64,000 nt of DNA from an uncultured Ignavibacteriales bacterium (lineage in GTDB: Bacteria > Zixibacteria > MSB-5A5 > GN15 > FEB-12), in the NCBI GenBank assembly GCA_964544635.1, contig CAZJCK010000003.1, positions 19,973-83,972 of the forward strand, given 5' to 3'. Positions 45,597-52,947 of the stretch are shown in pieces; position 1 is the first letter of the stretch, and each line of letters opens with the position of its first letter. Made by a program: the position numbers and the translations under genes. The notes under the pieces are model-generated. The model had not been told where the DNA came from and did no database searches. It saw only the letters and a list, made by a program, of their open reading frames with translations.

Positions 45597-47003
45597 TTAT
45601 CGGAGGTACAGCAGCAGTTTGCGCAGGTCGGCGAGATACTCGTGGACACGGTGCAGGAACTGCACGGCGGTGTGACCGTCGATCAAGCGATGATCGAACG
45701 ACATGCCGAAGTTCGAGATATGCCGCACCGTGATCTCGTCGTTCACTACCCACGGTTTCTTCACGATGGCGTGAACACCGAGGATGGCGACCTGCGGCTG
45801 GTTGATAATCGGAGTCGAGCCGGTGGCGCCGAACATGCCGGCGTTGGTCAGGCTGAAGGTGCCGCCGGAGACATCGTCGGGCGTAAGCTGATTCTTGCGC
45901 GCCTTCTCGCCTATCTGCTGCAGTTCGACGGCGATCTCGACGATTGTTTTCTTATCACAGTCCCTGATGACCGGTACAATGAGGCCCTCTTCGCGGGCGA
46001 CGGCGATGCCGATATTGTAGAAATTCTTGAGGACGATTTCTTTTTCGGTCATCGAGGCGTTGACCTTCGGGAATTCCTTGAGACCCATGCAGACTGCTTT
46101 GGCGACAAACGGCATGTAGGTCAGGTTGGCGCCGTAGGTTTCGACGAACCAGGGTTTGATCTCTTTGCGATACTCGACCAGGTTGGTCATGTCGACATCT
46201 TCAAAGGTCGTGACATGGGGCGAGGTCTGAACCGATCTTACCATGTGCTCGGAAATAACCTTGCGGATACCCTCTACCGGCTTGCGGGTTTCACGCCGGT
46301 TGGCCGGCAGCGGCTCAAACCTGGGAATCTCGACATGCACTTTGGGTTCCGGCTTGGCCGGCGCCTGCGGCTGGGCGGAGGGTGCGGCGGCGGCGGCAGG
46401 ACGGGCGGTCCCTTCCGGCATGGTTGGCAGCGGCGGAGTCGGGATCGGACCGAGGGTAAAGCCCTTGTCGGTGGTTCGTTCTTCGATAGCCCGCTCAACA
46501 TCGTCAACCGTCACGATACCGTCCTTACCGGTCGGGGTGATGCTGGACGGATCGAGGTCGTACTGGCGCACCATCATCTTGACCTTGGGCGACATCTTCC
46601 CCTTGCCACGGTCGCCGGTTGCCTTGGGGGCCGGCCTGGCCGGCTGCGGCTTATCTTTTGGCGCGGGGGTTTCTCCGGTCGTTGCTTTTTCAGCCTTTTC
46701 CGGCTTGGCAGCGTGCGATGGTTCGGCCGCTTCGGTGGCCGACGGGGCCGGCTCGGCGTCGCCGGTGCCGTCGTCGATACTGGCAATGCGAGTACCGACC
46801 GGAACAACTTCGCCCTCCTTGGCGTACTGGTGGGTCAGGACGCCCTCGGTTTCGGCGGGAATTTCGACGTTTACCTTGTCGGTCATCAGCTCGACGAGGG
46901 GTTGATTCAATTTGACCTTATCGCCGACCTTGACCTTCCACTCCAGGATTGTCCCTTCAAGAACCGATTCGCCCATCTGGGGGACTAAAACATCGAATGC
47001 CAT
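45597..47003 (-). CDS. 2-oxoacid dehydrogenase E2 (dihydrolipoamide acyltransferase)
   Basis: 468 aa. Has a lipoyl domain (LMTDKVNVEIPA), an A/P-rich linker, an E3/E1-binding domain, and a catalytic domain with the DHRLIDG motif. Confidence 0.9.
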   Translation of the reverse strand: MAFDVLVPQMGESVLEGTILEWKVKVGDKVKLNQPLVELMTDKVNVEIPAETEGVLTHQYAKEGEVVPVGTRIASIDDGTGDAEPAPSATEAAEPSHAAKPEKAEKATTGETPAPKDKPQPARPAPKATGDRGKGKMSPKVKMMVRQYDLDPSSITPTGKDGIVTVDDVERAIEERTTDKGFTLGPIPTPPLPTMPEGTARPAAAAAPSAQPQAPAKPEPKVHVEIPRFEPLPANRRETRKPVEGIRKVISEHMVRSVQTSPHVTTFEDVDMTNLVEYRKEIKPWFVETYGANLTYMPFVAKAVCMGLKEFPKVNASMTEKEIVLKNFYNIGIAVAREEGLIVPVIRDCDKKTIVEIAVELQQIGEKARKNQLTPDDVSGGTFSLTNAGMFGATGSTPIINQPQVAILGVHAIVKKPWVVNDEITVRHISNFGMSFDHRLIDGHTAVQFLHRVHEYLADLRKLLLYLR

Positions 47004-47064
47004 CGCGTGATTCCTCTATACAAACAAGTGCATGTAATTTGCAGCTAATGGGTTAACGGGCGGA

Positions 47065-47092
47065 AATATAGCCCATTTAGGTCGACAGTCAA
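47065..47092 (-). promoter_or_regulatory. Candidate promoter for E2-lipB
   Basis: On the minus strand: TTGACT (47092..87), a 16-nt spacer, then TATATT (47070..65). Lies about 60 nt upstream of the E2 ATG. Confidence 0.4.
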
Positions 47093-47114
47093 GCGAGAGG
47101 GAGAAAATTTCGGT

Positions 47115-48194
47115 TCAGCCGATCTCCAGCATCTTCTGAAGCGCCAGGAGCGCTTCCGAACGCATCGGTTCGTCGACCCGGATCGGCTTGATATCTTCGA
47201 GGTTTTCGAGGCAGTAAGCCAGGTCGTTGAGGGTTGTGCGGTACATATTGGCACAAACCGGGCAGGTCTGGCCGGACAGCTCGATAATCGTCTTGTCCGG
47301 ATGCTCGTGGGCCATGCGATTGATCAGGTTGATCTCGGTGCCGATGGCGATGGTCGCGCCGGGCTCGGCGTTGGCGCAGAACTCGACGATGTGCCTGGTT
47401 GAGCCGGCCGAGTCGGCCAGCTTGACAACATCGTGCGGGCACTCCGGGTGCACCACGATCTTGATACCGGGGTAGTTCCGGCGCATCTCGGCGACGTGCT
47501 CCGGACGGAAATTGGTGTGAACGTGGCAGTGTCCCTTCCACAGGATGACTTTGGCGCGTTCGATCTGTTCTTCGGTCAGGCCGCCATCTTCGCGGGAAAA
47601 ATCCCAGATAACCATCTGTTCCGGCTTGATACCGTAGTTAATGCCGGTGTTGTAGCCGAGATGCTCGTCCGGGAAGAAGAAGACTTTCTGGCGCTGGTTG
47701 AAGGCCCACTCCATGGCGCCGGCGGCGTTGGACGAGGTGCAGATGAGACCGCCGTTACGTCCCGTAAACGCTTTTAGACCGGCGGCAGTATTCATGTATG
47801 AGATCGGCATGATGTTTTCGGTGCCGGCGACCTCGTCGAGATAGTCCCAGGCCTCGAGCACGTCGGCCATCTCCGCCATATCGGCCATAGGGCAGCCGGC
47901 CAGTGGGTTGGGCAGGTAGACGGTCTGTTTTTCGGAGGTCAGGATGTCGGCCGATTCAGCCATGAAGTGCACACCGCAGAAGACAATGAATTCGGCCTTG
48001 TCGCTGCCGGCCGCGATCTGCGACAGGCCATAGCTGTCGCCCACGTGATCGCCAAAACCGACCACTTCCAGCCGCTGGTAGTGGTGGGCCAGGATCATCA
48101 GGCGTTCACCAAACCGTTGCTTTTGGGCAGTGATGCGCGCCTTGAGATCGTCAATCCCGGCTTCGCGATATTCCTGGGGCAGCGAGAAATACAT
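47115..48194 (-). CDS. nadA: Quinolinate synthase NadA
   Basis: 359 aa with ILAHHYQ, FCGVHFMAE and HPEC motifs, plus cluster cysteines. Confidence 0.9.
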   Translation of the reverse strand: MYFSLPQEYREAGIDDLKARITAQKQRFGERLMILAHHYQRLEVVGFGDHVGDSYGLSQIAAGSDKAEFIVFCGVHFMAESADILTSEKQTVYLPNPLAGCPMADMAEMADVLEAWDYLDEVAGTENIMPISYMNTAAGLKAFTGRNGGLICTSSNAAGAMEWAFNQRQKVFFFPDEHLGYNTGINYGIKPEQMVIWDFSREDGGLTEEQIERAKVILWKGHCHVHTNFRPEHVAEMRRNYPGIKIVVHPECPHDVVKLADSAGSTRHIVEFCANAEPGATIAIGTEINLINRMAHEHPDKTIIELSGQTCPVCANMYRTTLNDLAYCLENLEDIKPIRVDEPMRSEALLALQKMLEIG

Positions 48195-48200
48195 GGTGTA

Positions 48201-49271
48201 TCAGTCCCCCTGGGCCTGTTTCTCCTGTTCTTCCTTCATCTTAATCCGCTTCAACTTGCGCTGGACCAGTTCGTGCTTATCGGTCGAATGACCGGGCGAC
48301 ACCTTGGCCTTGGGGTCGAGATAGTTCTTGGCGTTGTTGACAGCGATGGCGACTTCGCCGCAACCGGTCGAAATCAGTTTCAGCTTACCGTCGTACGTAA
48401 CGATGTCGCCGGCGGCGTAGACGCCTTCAATATTAGTACGCATGCGACTGTCGACCTTGATGGCGTTTTTCTCGAGTTCGAGACCCCAGTTTTCGATCGG
48501 GCCGAGGTTGGTAATGAAACCGATGTTGAGCACGACTGCGTCGACATCCATCTCGACCTCTTCCCCGGTCTGGGTCTGCACGATGGTGGCGTGCTCTACC
48601 CAGTCTTCCCCCTCAAGCTCCTTTAACTCCCAGAAGGGAAACTTCATTTCGACGGACGAGTCCATCACCCGGCGGATCGAATCCTCGTGAGCGCTGAAGA
48701 AGTCGTTGCGATGGATAAGGGTGATACTGGCGGCGACCGGTTCGAGCATCATGGCATAGTCGAAGGCGGTGTCGCCGCCGCCAACAATCAGGATATTCTT
48801 ATCGCGGAAATCGTCGAGCCGTCGGCAGAAGTAGTAAACACCGTGGCCCTCGAGTTCCTTGAGGTTGGGGACATCGAGGCTGCGCGGCACATAGGCGCCG
48901 AGGCCGGCACAGATGATGACCGTGCGCGAGTAGTGTTCGGCCTTGTTGGTGGTGAGCGTGATAATGCCGTCGTCACCACGCTTGATATCGGTCACTTTTT
49001 CGCCCAGGGCGAAGCTGTGCGGGTACTGCGAGGCCTGCTTTTCGAGTTCACGCACGAGGACTTTGGCGAGGACCTTGGGAAAGCCGGCGACGTCGTAGAT
49101 ATATTTGTCAGGGTAGAGGGCCATGAGGCCGCCGCCGAGTTCTTCAAGCATGTCGATCGCCTTCATCTTCGACATCCGCAGGCCGGCGTAATACATGCCG
49201 TAGAGGGCAACCGGGCCGGCCCCGATAAAGGTGATATCGTATATGTCGCGAGTCGTATTGTCCATATCCAT
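48201..49271 (-). CDS. Thioredoxin-reductase-like ferredoxin-NADP+ reductase (YumC type)
   Basis: FIGAGPVALYG FAD motif, GGGDTAFD, and a GLELE...I.VD C-terminal region, plus a charged approximately 25-aa tail. Start re-called to MDMDNT (49271). Confidence 0.8.
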   Translation of the reverse strand: MDMDNTTRDIYDITFIGAGPVALYGMYYAGLRMSKMKAIDMLEELGGGLMALYPDKYIYDVAGFPKVLAKVLVRELEKQASQYPHSFALGEKVTDIKRGDDGIITLTTNKAEHYSRTVIICAGLGAYVPRSLDVPNLKELEGHGVYYFCRRLDDFRDKNILIVGGGDTAFDYAMMLEPVAASITLIHRNDFFSAHEDSIRRVMDSSVEMKFPFWELKELEGEDWVEHATIVQTQTGEEVEMDVDAVVLNIGFITNLGPIENWGLELEKNAIKVDSRMRTNIEGVYAAGDIVTYDGKLKLISTGCGEVAIAVNNAKNYLDPKAKVSPGHSTDKHELVQRKLKRIKMKEEQEKQAQGD

Positions 49272-49359
49272 CACTGTTTGAACACGCCCGAAGAACAGTT
49301 GTTTCCGGTTTCCCCGCAATAACTTACGCAAATGAAGGGAAGCCGGCTGGGACGCTCAG

Positions 49360-49854
49360 TCAGTCCTGTATCAGTGCCAGCTGGCGGAACAGTTCGTCGT
49401 GATCCGGCAAGACCATCAGCTCGGAATGCTCGATATAGCGGATGATCCCTTTCTTGTCAATGAGGAAGAGGGAGCGCAGCGCATAGCCGCCACGATCGTA
49501 AAAGACGCCATACTTGCGGGCAACCTCACCGTGGGGCCAGAAATCAGACATGAGCGGGAAACTGAGGCCGCCCAGTGACTTGGCCCAGGCGAGGTGACAG
49601 GGAATGGGATCGGTGGAGACAGCGAGTACCTGGCAGTTGAGGTGATCGAAGTCGTCGATGCGCTTCTGGTAGTCGGGGATCTGCTGGGAACAGACGGGGG
49701 TGAAGTCGCCCGGATAGAAGGCAAGCAGGACATGCCTGCGGCCCTCGTACCATTCGAGGTTGAGCTCTCCCTCGTTATGGGTGGGCAGCGTAAAATCGGG
49801 GGCATGATCGCCAACCCGGAGTCTGGCGGTCTTTTCTTCAGCGATTTGAGCCAA
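49360..49854 (-). CDS. Peroxiredoxin (AhpC/TSA, Bcp-like)
   Basis: 164 aa with the FYPGDFTPVCSQQ peroxidatic cysteine motif. Confidence 0.85.
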   Translation of the reverse strand: MAQIAEEKTARLRVGDHAPDFTLPTHNEGELNLEWYEGRRHVLLAFYPGDFTPVCSQQIPDYQKRIDDFDHLNCQVLAVSTDPIPCHLAWAKSLGGLSFPLMSDFWPHGEVARKYGVFYDRGGYALRSLFLIDKKGIIRYIEHSELMVLPDHDELFRQLALIQD

Positions 49855-49898
49855 GGTGGTACTCCTGCCTATGATACACCGATTCGGTCGAGACGTTC

Positions 49899-50048
49899 CT
49901 ACACGTCCTCGGCGTGAAAACCGTCCGGCATATCGTCGTCCCCTTGATACTCGACAAACTTATCCTCGGGCGCGCCACAGATCGGGCACACCCCGGGCGG
50001 CTCTTCGTCGTCATGCACATAGCCGCAGATTTCACATTTCCACTGCAT
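49899..50048 (-). CDS. Rubredoxin-type small protein (equivalent to the rubrerythrin C-terminal domain)
   Basis: Not in the track (49 aa). Translates as MQWKCEICGYVHDDEEPPGVCPICGAPEDKFVEYQGDDDMPDGFHAEDV, with CxxCG...CPxCG. RBS GGAGG lies 6 nt upstream. Confidence 0.65.
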   Translation of the reverse strand: MQWKCEICGYVHDDEEPPGVCPICGAPEDKFVEYQGDDDMPDGFHAEDV

Positions 50049-50105
50049 GTCCTACCTCCCGTGTGATCGCCCGCCGAGCCCGGCGATCATGTCGCAGCCT
50101 GAGCC

Positions 50106-50606
50106 TCAGTGCTCGAGTGGCTGGGTGTCGTCGTATTCAAACCAGCTGTAGTTGCCGCCCATGGCATCCTTCTCCGCCTGCAGCAGTTCGAAGTGGTGGT
50201 GTTCTTCGTCGGCCAGCTTATCGAAGATGTTGCGGAAGGTTTCATCCTCGATCAGGTCGCGTTCGGCCTTGTAGTACCTGGTCGCGGCCAGTTCGGCCTC
50301 AATAGCCAGGTTCACGAATTCGATCTCGGTGTGGCGATCTTCGACGTGGCCCTTGCGGAAGATCTCCGTGAGCACGCTGAGGCCCTTGTCGGGCAGTTCA
50401 CCGACCTCGCCGCCGATATGCCGGTCCCAGATTTCCTGGAGCGTTTGCTTGTGGCGGATCTCGTCGTCGCGCAGCGACTCGAGCAGTTTCTTTGCGGTCG
50501 AGTTGCTCGCCTTCTTCGACAACAGGTCGTAGAAACGGTAACCGTCCTCTTCCCCGCGCATGGCCCGCTTGAGTACTTCGGCTGCTTTCTTTTTCTCGTT
50601 ATCCAT
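50106..50606 (-). CDS. Ferritin-like diiron protein (rubrerythrin-type four-helix bundle without a rubredoxin domain)
   Basis: 166 aa with two E...Y / ExxH pairs (EEDGYRFY...DDEIRH and EAELAATRYY...DEEHHH). Confidence 0.7.
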   Translation of the reverse strand: MDNEKKKAAEVLKRAMRGEEDGYRFYDLLSKKASNSTAKKLLESLRDDEIRHKQTLQEIWDRHIGGEVGELPDKGLSVLTEIFRKGHVEDRHTEIEFVNLAIEAELAATRYYKAERDLIEDETFRNIFDKLADEEHHHFELLQAEKDAMGGNYSWFEYDDTQPLEH

Positions 50607-50624
50607 ATTTTGCCTCGCTGTGTC

Positions 50625-52085
50625 TTACTTGTTTTCTACTGATTGCTGGTTTCTAATATAATCAATTGCCCGGCGCATGCGCTCAACGACTTTTTCCTTT
50701 CCCAGTGCGACCAACAGGTCGAACAGTCCGGGACCGGAGGGTACGCCGCTGACAGCGAGCCGGGTGGGATGTATGAGTTTGCCGCGCTTCACACCGCGCG
50801 CCTCGGCCACTTCGTTGAGGGCCTGCTCGACGTCGTCGTGATTAAACGATTCGAGGGCGTCGAACCGGTCGGCCAGATCGGTGAGGATGGCGGCGCCGTC
50901 GGCCGTGAAGTTCTTCTCGGCCGCCTGTTCGTCGTAGGTAAAGTCGAACTCGAAGAAGTAGCCGCCCATACTGACGAAATCGGTGAGGCGACGCACCCGC
51001 TCCTTGAGCAGGCGGACCACCAGGCGGAGATAGTCCCAGCGGGTTTCCAGCCAGTACCTGGTAGTCAGGCCAGCCTCGACAAACATCGGCGCCACCAGCT
51101 CGGCCAGTTCGTGGTCGGAGCGCTTCTGGATGTGGGCGTAGTTGAAGGCTTCGAGCTTTTCTTCGTCGAAAACGGCATTGGCATTATTAAAGTGCCTGTC
51201 ATCGAACAGTTCGATCAGTTCGTCGACGGTGTAAATCTCCTGATCCGTTTTCGGACTCCAGCCCAGCAGCGAAAGGTAGTTAAAGAGAGCTTCGGGGAGG
51301 AAGCCGTCGTTGCGGTATTCGCCGACATCCTTGTCGCCCAGCCGCTTGGATACCTTTTTCTTGTCCGGACGCAGGATGAGCGGTACGTGGCCGAACGCCG
51401 GTACCTCCCAGCCAAGGGCGCGGTACAAGAGAATTTGCTTGAAAGTATTGGTGACGTGGTCGTTGCCACGTATCACGTGGCTGATGCCCATCTCGTGATC
51501 GTCGATGACGACGGCCAGATTATACGTCGCGCTGCCGTCGGAGCGGGCGATCACGAAGTCTTCGATGTCAGCGCCGGAACGGCTGACCTCGCCGGCTACC
51601 ATGTCGTTGAAGGTCTGGGTAGCGTCGGGAATCTCCAGACGGATGGTGAACGGTTTACCCTCGGCGAGGAACTTCTGTTCGTCCTCGGGTGACGGTTTGA
51701 GGTGTTGGCGCAGTTCACGGTTGCCCTGTTTGGCCTCGCGGATTTCGTCACGGATGGCCGTCACTTCGTCGGGTTCGAGGAAACAGCGGTAGGCGTGGCC
51801 GTTGTCGAGGACCTGGGTGGCGTACTGCTGGTACCGGTCGATGCGCTGTGACTGGTAAACTATCTCCTCATCGGACTTCATACCGAGCCACTCGAGCGCG
51901 GCAAGGATCGGCTGGATGAGGGCGGCATCGGAGCGGGCGACATCGGTATCCTCGATGCGAATGAGAAACTTGCCGCCATACCGGCGGGCAAACAGGTAAT
52001 TGAAGATAGCGGTGCGGGCGGTACCAACGTGGAGGTAGCCCGACGGTGATGGGGCGATACGAACGCGAACAGGTGTATCGGTCAT
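50625..52085 (-). CDS. gltX: Glutamate--tRNA ligase
   Basis: PSPSGYLHVGTAR (HIGH) and KVSKR (KMSKS-type) motifs. Start re-called to MTDTPVRV (ATG 52085). The track's upstream 108 aa are R/H-rich shadow sequence. Confidence 0.92.
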   Translation of the reverse strand: MTDTPVRVRIAPSPSGYLHVGTARTAIFNYLFARRYGGKFLIRIEDTDVARSDAALIQPILAALEWLGMKSDEEIVYQSQRIDRYQQYATQVLDNGHAYRCFLEPDEVTAIRDEIREAKQGNRELRQHLKPSPEDEQKFLAEGKPFTIRLEIPDATQTFNDMVAGEVSRSGADIEDFVIARSDGSATYNLAVVIDDHEMGISHVIRGNDHVTNTFKQILLYRALGWEVPAFGHVPLILRPDKKKVSKRLGDKDVGEYRNDGFLPEALFNYLSLLGWSPKTDQEIYTVDELIELFDDRHFNNANAVFDEEKLEAFNYAHIQKRSDHELAELVAPMFVEAGLTTRYWLETRWDYLRLVVRLLKERVRRLTDFVSMGGYFFEFDFTYDEQAAEKNFTADGAAILTDLADRFDALESFNHDDVEQALNEVAEARGVKRGKLIHPTRLAVSGVPSGPGLFDLLVALGKEKVVERMRRAIDYIRNQQSVENK

Positions 52086-52101
52086 GCTGCTGGGGTCCAA
52101 C

Positions 52102-52695
52102 TCAGTTTTGTGGGCGCGGCGGTAAGGTCGGGTCGTCGTCGCCCGGTGGTTCATCGTTGCCGTCCGACGGTAGCGGTGGCGGCGGCGGTGGCGAGATCGG
52201 CCGATCAGTCGGTGGTTCGTCCGGCTGCTGTTCCTGCCGCTGCGATTGGTAAGTCGGTGGCGGTGGTGGTGGTGGTGGCGTGGCCGGACGGTCGGGCGGC
52301 GGTGCAGTCGGTTCGTAGCTCGGCGGCGGAGGAGGAGGGGCGGTCTGCGTTGGCGTGACCGGTCGAACCTCACCGATGGTGGCGAAAGAAAATTCGAGGC
52401 CGCCGACAATGCGGGCGATCAGGTTATAGGCGAGGGCGGCGATCATGCCGAACAGGGTACCGAATATGGCGCCGCCGACGGCAAACATGATCGGCATCAC
52501 AATAAGGAGCAAGCCGAGGGCGGAGGAATCGGTCCCCAGTCCGAGCGCCTGCAGTTCGGGTGACAGGCCCATCGCCAGTGACATCATGATAAACGGTGCA
52601 TAGAGCAAACCGCTGATGAAACCGAGGATCAGGTGCAGGAAGAAGCCGACTTTGATGACCGGCCAGATGCCGATCGATTTCAGTTCCCAGCGCAT
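52102..52695 (-). CDS. Membrane protein (DUF3566-like TM domain) with a long proline-rich tail
   Basis: 197 aa. The first approximately 110 aa are hydrophobic. The tail is PPPPPPSYEPTAPPPDRPATPPPPPPPPTYQ...PPPPPPLPSDG. Confidence 0.55.
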   Translation of the reverse strand: MRWELKSIGIWPVIKVGFFLHLILGFISGLLYAPFIMMSLAMGLSPELQALGLGTDSSALGLLLIVMPIMFAVGGAIFGTLFGMIAALAYNLIARIVGGLEFSFATIGEVRPVTPTQTAPPPPPPSYEPTAPPPDRPATPPPPPPPPTYQSQRQEQQPDEPPTDRPISPPPPPPLPSDGNDEPPGDDDPTLPPRPQN

Positions 52696-52887
52696 ACCGC
52701 GTTACCTCGCATTTCGTTTGTGCCACCAGAAGGCAGCGCAACCGGGTCTCACTGCCAGTGCTGATCAAGATAGGCAGCAGACGGAAAAAGACAAGTGCAT
52801 TATGGGCGCGGCAGACCACCGCACCGGTTGTGCAAGGGACGGCAGCCCTTCAAAGTGGCGTCCTGTCCTGTGGCTCAATTACAATTG

Positions 52888-52920
52888 AAAAACCCCACCG
52901 CGCGCGGCGCGCAGTGGGGT
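52888..52920 (-). terminator. Rho-independent terminator of ppdK
   Basis: On the minus strand: CCCCAC-tgcgcgccgcgcgcg-GTGGGG followed by TTTTTC. Lies 28 nt after the ppdK stop. Confidence 0.6.
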
Positions 52921-52947
52921 GCTCAGATTGAGTCTGGTCTGCAGCCG

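Noticed and set aside
50625-52409. Track version of gltX with a 108-aa R/H-rich N-terminal extension overlapping the upstream gene. Similar over-extended starts occur at 8779..9738, 19660..20967, 43473..44087, 44094..44984, 44893..45753 and 37916..38482.
   Set aside because: The track takes the most upstream ATG, GTG or TTG. Internal starts with an RBS, tight junctions to neighbouring genes and canonical family N-termini were preferred.
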